The notes below the pieces were generated by a model. That model saw only the letters and a program-made list of their open reading frames with translations. It made no database searches and was not told the origin of the DNA. The position numbers and the translations under genes are program-made. 24,000 bases of DNA from Desulfatibacillum sp. (GTDB lineage Bacteria; Desulfobacterota; Desulfobacteria; Desulfobacterales; Desulfatibacillaceae). The stretch is taken from positions 8,245 to 32,244 of the forward strand of contig JAEINP010000053.1 in the NCBI GenBank assembly GCA_016342355.1. Direction: 5' to 3'. Below, in pieces: positions 13,238 through 23,394 of the stretch (position 1 is its first letter; each line of letters opens with the position of its first letter).

Positions 13238-14092
13238 ATGCCATACAGCCCATATACGGTTCCTGGAGTGACCTTCCGGGAGGAATTAGTGAGGGTGTCT
13301 GACGGGGTGACCCTGAAAGTGGTGGAGTTCATCCCCCCGGACGAAGACGAGTCCCTGCCTGTCATGGTTTTTGTGGCCGGGTGGATTTCCCTGATCAAGG
13401 GATGGACCGAGGTATTGCAGGAACTCACCCCCCGATTCCGGACTTTGTACGTGGAAACCCGGGAAAAAATCAGCGCGGACCTGCCGGATTTCAAAAACCT
13501 GGATTTTTCCGTGGCCCGCATGGCCCGGGATGTGGTCGAGGTTGTGGACGCCATGGTCCCCGCGGACCGCGTTTTCGCCTATGGAGGAAGCTCCCTGGGC
13601 TCCACCGTGGTCCTGGAACTCATGAGTTGGGACGAGCGTCAGCCTGCGGCCGGGCTGCTGGTGGGGCCGGTCCCAGAGTTTCATTTTCCCGCCTGGGGCA
13701 TACCAATCATCCGTCATTGTCCCCCGTCCCTGTACACGATAGTCAAGCCCATCATCAAGTGGTACCTCAAATACATCCGGGTGGACCGCAAAAACGAGCC
13801 CGAGCAAATCGCCAAGTATTACGGCACGCTGGATGCGGCGGAACCCGCCCGGCTCAAGGCCAACGCCATGTGCCTGCAAAATTTCAGCCTGTGGGAAAAG
13901 CTGCCTGATGTGAAAGCGCCCGTGGTGATCATCGGCACCAAGACCGACAGCCTCCACGGCCTGGAAGTCCTGGAAAAAGTGGTGGACCTGCTCCCCCAGG
14001 GCGAAATGGCCCTCATGGACTCCAACAAGGACGCCCACAGCGCCAAAGCAGGTCAGCTTATGGTGGAGCGTTTGGACAGGATAGCCAAATAG
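13238..14092 (+). CDS. Alpha/beta-fold hydrolase
   Basis: The nucleophile elbow is YGGSSLGSTV, preceded by VMVFVAGW. The C-terminal IIGTKTDSLH and NKDAHS are candidates for the acid and His. The SD AAGGGG lies upstream of the ATG. Confidence 0.75.
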   Translation: MPYSPYTVPGVTFREELVRVSDGVTLKVVEFIPPDEDESLPVMVFVAGWISLIKGWTEVLQELTPRFRTLYVETREKISADLPDFKNLDFSVARMARDVVEVVDAMVPADRVFAYGGSSLGSTVVLELMSWDERQPAAGLLVGPVPEFHFPAWGIPIIRHCPPSLYTIVKPIIKWYLKYIRVDRKNEPEQIAKYYGTLDAAEPARLKANAMCLQNFSLWEKLPDVKAPVVIIGTKTDSLHGLEVLEKVVDLLPQGEMALMDSNKDAHSAKAGQLMVERLDRIAK

Positions 14093-14127
14093 AGCGTGTG
14101 CAGGAAAAAATGGTTGTGCGGAATTCG

Positions 14128-14174
14128 CCCGCAGGGGGGACGGCATTCGCCATCCCCCCTGCGGGTTTTTATTT
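14128..14174. terminator. Strong hairpin terminator between convergent genes (probably bidirectional)
   Basis: A 12-bp stem, CCCGCAGGGGGG (14128-14139) pairing with CCCCCCTGCGGG (14154-14165), is followed by TTTTTATTT on the plus strand. On the minus strand the same hairpin is preceded by an A-tract. It lies between the hydrolase stop (14092) and the clpB stop (14190). Confidence 0.75.
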
Positions 14175-14189
14175 GCCGGACTTCAGGGT

Positions 14190-16775
14190 TTAGCTGAAGT
14201 CGAAGATGATGTCTTCGTCCAGGGCGTCCACGGTGACGGTGGAGTCCGGGGCGATTTTCCCTTCCAAAATGAGCATGGCCAGACGATTTTCCAAATGCCT
14301 TTGGATAACCCGTTTGAGTGGCCTTGCCCCGTAGGCCGGATCATAGCCTTTTTTGCCCAGGAGTTTGAGGGCCGCCTCAGTAATTTCCAGGTTTACATGC
14401 TGGTCCGCCAAACGTTTGCTCAGGCGGCCTGTCTGGATTTTCACCACGTCTGCCAGTTCCTCTATGGTCAGGCTGTTGAACACCACGGTTTCGTCCACCC
14501 GGTTCAGGAACTCGGGGCGGAAGGTGGCCCGGAGCGCTTCCATGACCCGCCTGCGCATTTCCTCGGGGTTATCTCCCAGTTCCTGGATAAACTGGCTGCC
14601 CACGTTGGAGGTCATGATGATGATGGTGTTCTTGAAATCCACGGTTTTGCCGTGGCCGTCCGTCATGCGTCCGTCGTCCAGGATTTGCAGGAGCACGTTG
14701 AACACGTCCGGATGGGCCTTTTCGATCTCGTCGAACAGGATCACCGAGTAGGGCCTGCGGCGCACGGCTTCTGTCAGGTATCCGCCTTCGTCGTAGCCAA
14801 CGTATCCCGGAGGCGCTCCGATGAGCCGGGAGACCGAATGCTTTTCCATGTATTCGCTCATGTCCACCCGGACAATGGCTTGTTCGTCGTCAAAGATGAA
14901 CTCGGCCAGGGCCTTGGCCAGTTCGGTTTTGCCCACGCCCGTGGGGCCCATGAAGATGAACGAACCTACGGGGCGATTGGGGTCCTGGAGGCCGGAGCGG
15001 GCCCGGCGGACGGCATTGGATACGGCCACAATGGCGTCGTGTTGCCCGATAACCCGCTTTTCAAGCCGATTTTCCATGCGAATGAGTTTTTCCCGCTCGC
15101 CCTCCAGCATTTTGGATACGGGAATGCCGGTCCAGCGGGAGACGACTGCGGCAATGTCTTCGTCGTCCACTTCCTCCTTGAGCATTTTGCGGTCCTTCTG
15201 GAGGTCGGCCAGTTTGGCGTGGGCTGTTTCCATGGCCTTTTTCAACTCATTGGCCTTGCCGTAGCGGAGTTCGGCCACGCGGCTGAGGTCGCCCAGCCTT
15301 TCGGCTTTTTCTTCCTCAATGCTGGCGCGTTCCTGCTCTTCCTTGATTTTGGTGATCTCGTTGATGGCTTCCTTTTCATTCTGCCAGTGGTATTTCATCT
15401 CCCGCATGGACTCTTCCATTTCCGAGAGTTCCTGCTCCAGCTTGGCCAAACGCTCTTTACTTGCCGGGTCCTTCTCCTTTTTCAGGGCCTGTTTTTCGAT
15501 CTGGACCTGGGTGATTTTGCGCTGCACCTCATCGATTTCCTGGGGCATGCTGTCAATTTCAATACGCAGTTTGGAAGCGCTTTCATCCACTAGGTCAATG
15601 GCCTTGTCCGGTAAAAAACGGTCGGAAATGTACCGGTCCGAAAGGGTGGCGGCGGCCACGATGGCGGCATCGGTAATGCGCACCCCGTGATGCACCTCGT
15701 ATTTTTCCTTCAGCCCCCGAAGGATGGAAATGGTGTCCTGGACCGTGGGCTCGGAAGCCAGCACAGGCGCAAAGCGGCGTTCCAGGGCCGCATCCTTTTC
15801 AATATATTTGCGGTATTCGTTAAGCGTGGTTGCGCCCACGCACCGGAGGCTTCCCCGGGCCAGGGCGGGTTTGAGCATGTTGGAGGCGTCAAGCGCCCCC
15901 TCGGTGGCGCCTGCGCCCACCAGGGTGTGCATTTCGTCGATAAAGAGGATGATTTCGCCTTCAGCGTCCTCGATTTCCTTGAGCACGGCCTTGAGGCGGT
16001 CTTCGAACTCGCCCCGGTACTTGGCGCCGGCAATGAGGGAGCCCATGTCCAGGGCAACCAGACGCCGGTTTTTCAGGGATTCGGACACGTCGCCCCGCAC
16101 AATGCGTTGGGCCAGACCTTCCACAATGGCGGTCTTGCCCACGCCGGGTTCGCCGATGAGCACCGGGTTGTTTTTGGTGCGGCGGCTCAGGACCTGGACA
16201 ATGCGCCGGATTTCGTCATCCCGGCCTATGACCGGGTCCAGCTTGCCCATGCGGGCCAGCTCCGTAAGATCCCTGGAGTATTTTTCCAGGGCCTGGTATT
16301 TTTCCTCGGGATTCTGGTCCGTGACCCTTTGGGAACCCCGGATGTTCTGGAGGACTTTAAGCAAAGAGTCCCGGGAGATGCCGTGGGCCGCCAGGGTGCG
16401 GGCCGCGTCGCTGTTTTTTTCGTCGCAGACCGCCAGGAGAATATGCTCCAGGCTCACATATTCGTCCTTCATCTTGGAGGCTTCGGCCATGGCGGCCTGA
16501 AGCACCTGCTTGGACCGGTTGGACAGATAACTCTCGCCCAATCCGGTACCGCTGATTTTGGGAAGTCTTTCGATGATGGCGTTGAATTCATTGGTAACGC
16601 CGCTTGGGGAAACCCCCATTTTCCGAAACATGGACCGGGCCATGCCCTTGTCTTCCAACAGCATGGCTGTGACCAGATGTTCGGGCTCAATCTGCTGGTG
16701 TCCCTTGGAGGCAGCAAGGTTTTGAGCCTCGCCCAATAATTCCTGGGACTTGATGGTGAATTTGTCAAAGCGCAT
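14190..16775 (-). CDS. clpB: ATP-dependent chaperone/disaggregase ClpB
   Basis: The 861-aa product has a Clp N-domain, two AAA+ modules (Walker [14 protein letters not shown] and [13 protein letters not shown]; Walker B ILFIDEMH and [11 protein letters not shown]) and a long coiled-coil middle domain between them. An AAGGAG SD lies upstream of the ATG. Confidence 0.98.
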   Translation of the reverse strand: MRFDKFTIKSQELLGEAQNLAASKGHQQIEPEHLVTAMLLEDKGMARSMFRKMGVSPSGVTNEFNAIIERLPKISGTGLGESYLSNRSKQVLQAAMAEASKMKDEYVSLEHILLAVCDEKNSDAARTLAAHGISRDSLLKVLQNIRGSQRVTDQNPEEKYQALEKYSRDLTELARMGKLDPVIGRDDEIRRIVQVLSRRTKNNPVLIGEPGVGKTAIVEGLAQRIVRGDVSESLKNRRLVALDMGSLIAGAKYRGEFEDRLKAVLKEIEDAEGEIILFIDEMHTLVGAGATEGALDASNMLKPALARGSLRCVGATTLNEYRKYIEKDAALERRFAPVLASEPTVQDTISILRGLKEKYEVHHGVRITDAAIVAAATLSDRYISDRFLPDKAIDLVDESASKLRIEIDSMPQEIDEVQRKITQVQIEKQALKKEKDPASKERLAKLEQELSEMEESMREMKYHWQNEKEAINEITKIKEEQERASIEEEKAERLGDLSRVAELRYGKANELKKAMETAHAKLADLQKDRKMLKEEVDDEDIAAVVSRWTGIPVSKMLEGEREKLIRMENRLEKRVIGQHDAIVAVSNAVRRARSGLQDPNRPVGSFIFMGPTGVGKTELAKALAEFIFDDEQAIVRVDMSEYMEKHSVSRLIGAPPGYVGYDEGGYLTEAVRRRPYSVILFDEIEKAHPDVFNVLLQILDDGRMTDGHGKTVDFKNTIIIMTSNVGSQFIQELGDNPEEMRRRVMEALRATFRPEFLNRVDETVVFNSLTIEELADVVKIQTGRLSKRLADQHVNLEITEAALKLLGKKGYDPAYGARPLKRVIQRHLENRLAMLILEGKIAPDSTVTVDALDEDIIFDFS

Positions 16776-16838
16776 GGGTACGACTCCTTATATATTAGAA
16801 TGTGTTAATTTACCGGGTAGTTATGTTTCTTTCATCAA

Positions 16839-16866
16839 AAAATAATCACTTGCCTTTCCTTGTCAA
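16839..16866 (-). promoter_or_regulatory. Candidate promoter for clpB
   Basis: The minus strand reads TTGACA (16866-16861), a 16-nt spacer, then TATTTT (16844-16839), about 65 nt upstream of the clpB ATG. I saw no CIRCE element. Pattern match only. Confidence 0.3.
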
Positions 16867-16957
16867 TTCGCGATAAGGGTCAATGTGGTAAAAAAGATCT
16901 TATCCATGACGAATAATTGGGGAGAATTCGCCTTTTTTTCTCGCACGGGAAAATATT

Positions 16958-17719
16958 ATGAAAATCACCATATTGGGCTCCGGCACATGCGTTCCTTCCC
17001 TGGAAAGGGGAACCTGCTCGGCCCTCGTCCGTGCGGGGGACAGCCAGATGCTTTTTGACTCCGGGGCCGGCGTCATGCGGCGGTTATTGGAGGCGGGCGC
17101 GGGCATTGGGGATGTCACCCACATTTTTTACAGCCATTTGCACCCGGACCATACGGGGGAGTTTGCGTCCTTTTTGTTTTCCACCAAATACCCCCGTGAC
17201 TTTGCCCGAAGAACCCCCTTTGTGGTGATTGCGGGCAGGGGCTTTGAAAAATTTTACCGGAACCTGCAAACGGCCTTTGGCGACTGGATTGTTTTGGACC
17301 CCGGGATCATGGAAATTGTGGAAATGGATACCACCGGACCGGACATGCGCAATTTCGCCGATTTTACCCTGGAAACCCGGCCCATGGATCATACGGACCA
17401 AAGCGTGGGTTTTCGGATCAACGCCGGGGGAAAGTCCTTTGTATATTCCGGGGATACGGATTACTGCCAGGATCTGGTGGATCTGTCTATGAATGCGGAC
17501 TTGCTTTTATGCGAATGCGCCATGCCTGACGCGTTAAAGGTCCCGGGACACCTGACCCCTTCCCGGGCCGGAGACATAGCCGCCCGGGCCGGAGTGAAAA
17601 GGCTGGTGCTCACCCATTTTTACCCGGAATGCGATAAAACCGATGTGGCGGCCCAATGCCGAACCACCTGGGACGGTCCCCTGGATCTGGCCCAGGACCT
17701 TATGGAGATCATAATCTGA
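16958..17719 (+). CDS. MBL-fold metallo-hydrolase (RNase Z / PhnP-like)
   Basis: MKITILGSGT..., the HxHxDH motif YSHLHPDHTGE, then later YSGDTDY and LVLTHF. Confidence 0.8.
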   Translation: MKITILGSGTCVPSLERGTCSALVRAGDSQMLFDSGAGVMRRLLEAGAGIGDVTHIFYSHLHPDHTGEFASFLFSTKYPRDFARRTPFVVIAGRGFEKFYRNLQTAFGDWIVLDPGIMEIVEMDTTGPDMRNFADFTLETRPMDHTDQSVGFRINAGGKSFVYSGDTDYCQDLVDLSMNADLLLCECAMPDALKVPGHLTPSRAGDIAARAGVKRLVLTHFYPECDKTDVAAQCRTTWDGPLDLAQDLMEIII

Positions 17720-17720
17720 T

Positions 17721-18413
17721 ATGCGGTATTACCCGGCTATGCTGGACATTGCAGATAAAAAATGCGTGGTCATAGGAGGCGGCGCCGTAGGCGCACGCAA
17801 GGTGAAAACCCTGCTGGAGTGCTGCGCCAAAGTGAGCGTCATCAGCCCCCAAGCCCATGCTTCCCTGGATGCGTTGGCGGACCAGGGAAAAATCACCCTT
17901 CATTTGAGGGGCTATGAAAGCAACGACCTGGACGGCGCCTTTTTGGTGATTGGGGCCACGGACGATGAAGACCTGAACGCCCGCATCAGCCAGGACGCCA
18001 ACCAGCGGAACCTGTTGTGCAACATTGCGGACAGGCCCGCGGCCTGCAATTTCATTCTGCCGTCCATTGTGAAGCAAAAGGATCTGGTTATCGCCATATC
18101 CACCTGCGGCCAAAGCCCGGCTTTCGCCAAAAAGGTGCGCCAGGACCTCCAGTGCCAGTTTGGGGCGGAATACGGGGTTTTTCTGGAACTCATGGGCGCT
18201 GTCAGAAAAAAGCTCCTGGCCCAGGCCCATGCGCCCGAGGAGCACAAGCCCCTGTTCAATCAACTGATAACCGGGGGATTGCTGGATCTGTTGGCAGCCA
18301 GGGACGAACAAGGCGCGGACGATTTGATTGAAAGGATTTTGGGGCCCGGGTATTCCATTCGGGAAATGATTGGAGATCTGGAGGCCCAACTCACATGCAC
18401 GGAGGACGGATGA
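17721..18413 (+). CDS. sirC: Precorrin-2 dehydrogenase / sirohydrochlorin ferrochelatase (SirC/Met8-like, siroheme synthase N-terminal domain type)
   Basis: YYPAMLDIADKKCVVIGGGAVGARKVKTLLECCAKVSVISP is an N-terminal Rossmann GGGxVA signature. Further on, NIADRPAACNFILPSIV and ISTCGQSPAFAKKVR are characteristic of CysG-N/SirC. The start lies 1 nt after the MBL gene stop. Confidence 0.85.
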   Translation: MRYYPAMLDIADKKCVVIGGGAVGARKVKTLLECCAKVSVISPQAHASLDALADQGKITLHLRGYESNDLDGAFLVIGATDDEDLNARISQDANQRNLLCNIADRPAACNFILPSIVKQKDLVIAISTCGQSPAFAKKVRQDLQCQFGAEYGVFLELMGAVRKKLLAQAHAPEEHKPLFNQLITGGLLDLLAARDEQGADDLIERILGPGYSIREMIGDLEAQLTCTEDG

Positions 18414-19219
18414 GCCCCGCGCATAGGGACAGGCCTGACAAGAAAAATGAAAATCCCTGGACCCAATACACGGAATCTGCAAGCCAGCAGGATGGTGAAT
18501 CGCCAAAAGGCTGGAAGCATACTGTCCTTGGGTGCTTGCCTGCTGTTTTCGTGATGGCGGTGCTCCTGGCCCTGATTGTCTATTTTGGGCGGGCCCGCGG
18601 CTTGTTTGCAGGCCAGGACGGAAAGTACGACCTGGGGTATGCCATCGCCATGGTTTTGCTGGTCGGGGCTTTGGTCCAGGGTTTGCCCCGGCAGGGATAC
18701 ATGAGGGCGGGCAAGCAGATTTTGTTGTGGATCGGGGTTCTCTTTGTTTTCATTCTGGCCTACGCTTATCGGGGAGAATTGGGCGATGTACGTGACAGGA
18801 TGATGGCTGTTTTAGTCCCTGATCGCGGCATGGCCGTGGCCGAAGGCGTTCGATCCTTTGAAATAGCCGATGACGGGCATTTTTACATCCAAGCCAGGGT
18901 GAATGGTCTTCCTGTTTTGTTTTTGGCGGATACAGGCGCCACCAACGTTGTGTTGACCCGATATGATGCCCAAAGAATAGGCATGGACACCGAGAACCTT
19001 GACTATGACGGACGCGCCAGTACGGCCAATGGCATGGTTCGGGTCGCCAGGATTTCCCTGAATACTTTGGAAGTTGGCGATTATACCCTGGATAATTTTC
19101 CCGCTTCGGTCAATGATTCGGAACTGGATACATCCCTGCTTGGCATGAGCTTTTTTTCCAGGCTTGAGAGTTATGGGGTCGAGGGAAAAACCCTGACCAT
19201 CACATGGCGCACTGATTAA
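18410..19219 (+). CDS. Membrane-anchored retropepsin-like (clan AA) aspartic protease
   Basis: Three predicted TM helices (e.g. LPAVFVMAVLLALIVYF, ILLWIGVLFVFILAYAY) precede a retropepsin-type domain. That domain carries FLADTGATNVVLT (DTG active site) and a C-terminal LLGMSFF. I prefer ATG 18410, which forms an ATGA overlap with the sirC stop and has a GGAGGA SD at 18401-18406. Confidence 0.75.
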   Translation: MSPAHRDRPDKKNENPWTQYTESASQQDGESPKGWKHTVLGCLPAVFVMAVLLALIVYFGRARGLFAGQDGKYDLGYAIAMVLLVGALVQGLPRQGYMRAGKQILLWIGVLFVFILAYAYRGELGDVRDRMMAVLVPDRGMAVAEGVRSFEIADDGHFYIQARVNGLPVLFLADTGATNVVLTRYDAQRIGMDTENLDYDGRASTANGMVRVARISLNTLEVGDYTLDNFPASVNDSELDTSLLGMSFFSRLESYGVEGKTLTITWRTD

Positions 19220-19279
19220 AAAATATAGCGGCCTTTACACCCAAAGCCGTTTTTTCCGTTTAACGGAGGCAAATCACTC

Positions 19280-20092
19280 ATGATGTTTGTGCTTGCATTA
19301 TCAGCCTACTTGACAGGATCTTTCGGATACCTGGGGTACCTGATTTTCCACCAGGAGCTTTACCACAAGGTAGGGCAGTGTTTTTTTGTCCTTGGCTTGG
19401 CCGTGCATACCTTTTTTCTGGTTTCAGGATTTATAAGTTCCGGCGTCATGCCTGTGGAGAATCTGCGGGCGACCCTGAGTTTTGCGTCCTGGGCCATCGC
19501 CGTCATTTATCTGGCTTTTAATGTGCGGTATCGTTTGATGATCCTGGGGGCTTTTGTGGCGCCCTTGGTGTGCGCCATCATGGTTTTGTCCTCGTTGTTT
19601 TCAGGAACAACCACGGTGGAACCCGAATTGCTGAAAGGCATCTGGACCGTAGTACACATCACGGCCATATTTCTGGGCGACGGCGCCTTTGTGCTGGCGG
19701 CTTGCGTGGGAATCATTTATCTGATGCAGGAAAGGGCCATCAAGAAAAAACACCACGGATTTTTGTTTCGGAGGCTTCCATCCCTGGAAGTTCTGGACAG
19801 GATGGGGTATGCATGCGTGGCTTTTGGGTTTCCCATGCTCACCTTTGGCATGATCGCCGGGTTTATTTTCGCCCAATCTGTTTGGGGAAGATGGTGGAAC
19901 TGGGACCCCAAGGAGGTTTGGTCCGTGGTGACGTGGTTGTTTTACGCGGCGCTCATTCACGAACGCCTGACCGTGGGATGGCGGGGCAAGCGTGCAGCTG
20001 TCATGGCCATTATTGGTCTGGTGGTTATTATAATAACCTTTGGCGTTAATTTTTTCTTAATGGGCCATCACACACAGTTCACCAAGTTTTGA
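19280..20092 (+). CDS. CcsA/HemX-like cytochrome c assembly family membrane protein
   Basis: A polytopic membrane protein with the Trp-rich motif WGRWWNWDPKEVWSVVTWLFYAALIH, typical of the CcsA/CcmC/HemX family. It lies immediately upstream of hemA, 1 nt from the hemA start. Confidence 0.8.
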   Translation: MMFVLALSAYLTGSFGYLGYLIFHQELYHKVGQCFFVLGLAVHTFFLVSGFISSGVMPVENLRATLSFASWAIAVIYLAFNVRYRLMILGAFVAPLVCAIMVLSSLFSGTTTVEPELLKGIWTVVHITAIFLGDGAFVLAACVGIIYLMQERAIKKKHHGFLFRRLPSLEVLDRMGYACVAFGFPMLTFGMIAGFIFAQSVWGRWWNWDPKEVWSVVTWLFYAALIHERLTVGWRGKRAAVMAIIGLVVIIITFGVNFFLMGHHTQFTKF

Positions 20093-20093
20093 T

Positions 20094-21395
20094 ATGGAAA
20101 TCGTACTAGTAGGGTTAAATCATAAAACAGCGCCGGTGGGCATCCGCGAGTGCTTTGCCTTTGACGCCTTGGAGGCGGAAGAAGGGTTACGAGCCCTAGG
20201 TCTTCTCCCGGAACTCGCCGAAATTGTGCTCATTTCCACATGCAACCGGGTGGAAGTGGTGGCCAGTTGCCAGGAACCGGACCAGGCTGTAACCGCCATC
20301 AAGGAATTCCTGTCCCGCACAAAGAATATGCCTCTGGAGCAGTTTGAGGAAAATCTTTTTGTACACAAAGGGGACGAAGCTGTGCAGCACGTGTTCCGGG
20401 TGGCTGCCAGCCTGGATTCCATGGTTTTGGGAGAACCGCAAATTCTAGGACAGATGAAGGAGTCCTTTCGAAAAGCGACAACCGTCAAGACCACGGGGGC
20501 GGTTCTCAACCGGCTCATGCACCGGTGTTTCATGACCGCCAAAAGGGTGAGGAAGGAAACCGGCATCGGAGACCATGCCGTATCCATCAGTTATGCAGCC
20601 GTGGAGCTGGCCCGGAAGATTTTCGGGGAATTGTCGGAAAAAAAGGTGCTGTTGATCGGCGCGGGAGAAATGGCTGAGTTGGCCGTGGAGCATCTGCTCA
20701 CCCACCGGGCGTCAGGAGTGTTTGTGGCTAACCGGACCTTTGAGAGGGCAGTTTCGCTGGCCCAGCGTTTTCAAGGGACCCCCATTCGCTTTTCGGAAAT
20801 TGAGGAATACCTTAAGATAGCGGACATCATCATCAGCTCCACCGGCGCCCCGGGCTATGTGCTGGAAAAAAAGGATGTCAAAAAGGTCCTTCGGGCCAGG
20901 AAAAACCGGCCCTTGTTTTTTATTGATATCGCAGTGCCCAGGGACATTGATCCGGATATTAATGACCTGTCCAACAACTTCGTATATGATATCGACGATC
21001 TTCAGGGTGTAATCGACCGGAATCTTGATGAAAGGCAAAAAGAGGCGGTCCGGGCCGAACGCATTGTGGATGAAAACGTCATCACCTTCCGCAAATGGCT
21101 CGAAGGCCTGGACATTGTGCCAACCATCGTCAGCCTCCAGCAAAAACTGGAGGCCATTCGCCAGGCCGAAATGGCCAAAACCCTGGCGTACATTCCGAAT
21201 CTTGACGCAAACGGCCGCGACGCCATTGACCGGCTGACCCAGTCCATCATCAATAAGGTCATGCACGACCCCATCCTGTTTCTTAAAGCCGGGGGGCACA
21301 GGGAAAAACAAAAAAAGGACATCCTCGGGTTTGCTCGGGACATGTTCAATTTAAATAATTCGGAAGACGGCGGGTGTAGCCCCCACAAGGAGTGA
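20094..21395 (+). CDS. hemA: Glutamyl-tRNA reductase
   Basis: MEIVLVGLNHKTAPVGIRE, the active-site region ISTCNRVEV, GEPQILGQMK, and the NADPH-binding LLIGAGEMAELAVEHL. Confidence 0.97.
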   Translation: MEIVLVGLNHKTAPVGIRECFAFDALEAEEGLRALGLLPELAEIVLISTCNRVEVVASCQEPDQAVTAIKEFLSRTKNMPLEQFEENLFVHKGDEAVQHVFRVAASLDSMVLGEPQILGQMKESFRKATTVKTTGAVLNRLMHRCFMTAKRVRKETGIGDHAVSISYAAVELARKIFGELSEKKVLLIGAGEMAELAVEHLLTHRASGVFVANRTFERAVSLAQRFQGTPIRFSEIEEYLKIADIIISSTGAPGYVLEKKDVKKVLRARKNRPLFFIDIAVPRDIDPDINDLSNNFVYDIDDLQGVIDRNLDERQKEAVRAERIVDENVITFRKWLEGLDIVPTIVSLQQKLEAIRQAEMAKTLAYIPNLDANGRDAIDRLTQSIINKVMHDPILFLKAGGHREKQKKDILGFARDMFNLNNSEDGGCSPHKE

Positions 21396-21401
21396 CAATC
21401 A

Positions 21402-22340
21402 GTGGAAAACACGATTTTCATGTTTCCCGGCCAGGGGTCCCAGTTTGTGGGCATGGGCCAGGATTTGCACGATGAATTTGTTTTTGTGCGCGAGTTGTTC
21501 GACATGGTGGACGATATATGCAAGCGCCATATCCGCAAGCTGTGCTTTCAGGGTCCCATGGAAGACCTCACCGAGACAGTCAACCTCCAACCCGCCATCA
21601 CCGCCGTCAATCTGGCCTGTCTTGCAGCTATTACCCGGGAAGGGATTAAACCTTCACAAAGCGCGGGCCACAGCCTGGGGGAATACAGCGCCTTATGCTG
21701 CGCCGGGGTTTTGACCCCGGAGGATTGCTTTCGCCTGGTTTTCAAAAGGGGCGAATTGATGCACCGGGAGGCCTGCGCTAATAAGGGAACCATGGCGGCC
21801 CTCATGGGCCTGGACATTAAAACTGCGAATGTGGTTGTCAAGCAGGCTCAAAAAGCGGGCATTGTGTCGGTAGCCAACCACAACACCCAGAATCAGATTG
21901 TCATTACAGGCTCTGTCGAAGGGGTGGAAAAAGCCTGCTCCTTGGCCGGGGAGTTGAAAGCGCGGGCCATTCCGTTGAAGGTGAGCGGGGCCTGGCACAG
22001 TAGGCTCATGGAAGGTGCGAAGGATGAATTCGCCGCGTTCCTGGATAATTTTGAATTCCATAAGGCGGAATGTCCGGTGGTTTTGAATGTCAACGCCACC
22101 CCCTGTTCCGACGCCGCAGAAATAAAGAAAATCATGGCTGTCCAGTTGACCAGCCCGGTCAGGTGGTGCGATTCCCTGCTGTCCATGCAGGAGTCCGGCG
22201 TGGAAACCTTTGTGGAGGTGGGACCCAAAAACGTGCTGACCGGCATGGTGAAAAAGGTTTTGGATAAAGACAAACCCTTTGCCATCCACAACGTGCAGGA
22301 CTTGAAAAGCCTTGAGGCTTTTTTAAAGGCCGTAACCTAA
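21402..22340 (+). CDS. fabD: Malonyl-CoA:ACP transacylase
   Basis: FMFPGQGSQFVGMG, the active-site GHSLGEYSAL, and later SGAWHSRLM. The GTG start at 21402 has an AAGGAG SD 9 nt upstream; the alternative ATG is at 21420. Confidence 0.93.
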   Translation: MENTIFMFPGQGSQFVGMGQDLHDEFVFVRELFDMVDDICKRHIRKLCFQGPMEDLTETVNLQPAITAVNLACLAAITREGIKPSQSAGHSLGEYSALCCAGVLTPEDCFRLVFKRGELMHREACANKGTMAALMGLDIKTANVVVKQAQKAGIVSVANHNTQNQIVITGSVEGVEKACSLAGELKARAIPLKVSGAWHSRLMEGAKDEFAAFLDNFEFHKAECPVVLNVNATPCSDAAEIKKIMAVQLTSPVRWCDSLLSMQESGVETFVEVGPKNVLTGMVKKVLDKDKPFAIHNVQDLKSLEAFLKAVT

Positions 22341-22367
22341 CGGATTATTTCGCTTCGGAGTATAATC

Positions 22368-23273
22368 ATGCCTCTCGTGCTGAAAAACTTTGTCCGGTAT
22401 TCCCTGATTGCATTGGTTTTTTTGGCCATGGCTCCCATATGCCATGCAGGCTACGTGACCATTCAAACCCAGATGGGCGCCCAGGTGGCGGGAAAACGTC
22501 TGGAGGTGATCGCCAAGATCGCCAATTTGGGCAACGCCCCGGCCAATGAGGTTTCGGCGGTGCTGGATGTTTTGGGGCATAAGCGCAAGGGGCAGTTGTT
22601 GTCTCCTGAGAATGTTGCAGTCTGGTCGCAAAAAGGGGGCGTGGAAAGCCTGCTGGAATACACCGATGTGCGCCTGCGTAAAAATGGGGACAGCCTGGGC
22701 CCCGGGGAGGCCGTGGTTTTCAAATATTCCCTGGACCTGTCGGAAAGCACTCTGGGATCCTACCCTGCCATCCTCCATATTGAATACAAGGACGAAAACA
22801 GCCTGCCTTTTTTTTCCCTGGCTGGAATCGTCTTCAAAACCCCTGGCGCTCCGCTTCCCAAACTTAAGGCGGCCATTACGGAAAAACGGAAAAATGGGGC
22901 TGTAGTCATGGCGGTTAATCTTTCCAATGCCAGTGACCATACCATTCAGGTCCAGGCCAATTTGGCCCTGCCGGAAGCGCTGGCCTGCCAGGACCCGAAT
23001 CGGAACCTGAAAATGGCTTCCGGCGGGCAGACCGCGCTGGAATTTGTTGTGGAAAACCTGACGGACAGACAGGGAACCCACGCAGTATTTTGTGTATTGG
23101 AATACCAGGACGGGCAAACCCACCACGCGGTGCTTGCAGCCAGCACTCTGGAGATAACACCCCGGCCGCACTGGTTTTCCCGCACCAGACCATGGTGGAT
23201 TGGTCTGGACGCCATTCTGATTTGTCTGTTTTTGGGCGCATGGGGGACGGTGTGGCGTTTTCAAAATTCATAA
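22368..23273 (+). CDS. Hypothetical exported protein with a signal peptide, two tandem beta-sandwich-like (CARDB-like) repeats and a C-terminal TM anchor
   Basis: The signal-like N-terminus is LIALVFLAMAPICHAG. Two internally similar modules follow (LEVIAKIANLGNAPANEV...YPAILHIEYKDEN versus AVVMAVNLSNASDHTI...HAVFCVLEYQDGQ). The C-terminal hydrophobic helix is WWIGLDAILICLFLGAWGTVW. I did not recognise a named family. Confidence 0.6.
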   Translation: MPLVLKNFVRYSLIALVFLAMAPICHAGYVTIQTQMGAQVAGKRLEVIAKIANLGNAPANEVSAVLDVLGHKRKGQLLSPENVAVWSQKGGVESLLEYTDVRLRKNGDSLGPGEAVVFKYSLDLSESTLGSYPAILHIEYKDENSLPFFSLAGIVFKTPGAPLPKLKAAITEKRKNGAVVMAVNLSNASDHTIQVQANLALPEALACQDPNRNLKMASGGQTALEFVVENLTDRQGTHAVFCVLEYQDGQTHHAVLAASTLEITPRPHWFSRTRPWWIGLDAILICLFLGAWGTVWRFQNS

Positions 23274-23394
23274 GCCCTGTCCCGCCCCCAAAGGCCTCCC
23301 ATATTCCGATTGCATTTTTTAACGGCTATGCTAAATGGTAACCGTCTTAAGCAAATGACGCCGGATAATAATCTTTTTTAAGAGGTGAAAGAAT

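Noticed and set aside
12162-14146. 276-aa and 286-aa minus-strand ORFs antisense to the two alpha/beta hydrolase genes. Similar antisense ORFs also occur at 17709-18506 and 20712-21311.
   Set aside because: They have no recognisable motifs, whereas the sense frames carry GxSxG, SirC and HemA signatures.
14295-16739. Long plus-strand ORFs (432 aa, 350 aa, 258 aa and others) antisense to clpB
   Set aside because: Their translations are low-complexity (rich in G, H, V, F and R) with no motifs. The minus-strand frame encodes a textbook ClpB. Long antisense ORFs are expected opposite GC3-biased genes.
22323-23264. A 313-aa minus-strand ORF almost coextensive with the 301-aa plus-strand ORF
   Set aside because: The minus-frame product is rich in R, G, P and Q and has no signal peptide, TM helix or repeat logic. 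The plus-frame product has a signal peptide, an internal duplication, a TM anchor and a GGAG SD. I kept the plus strand.
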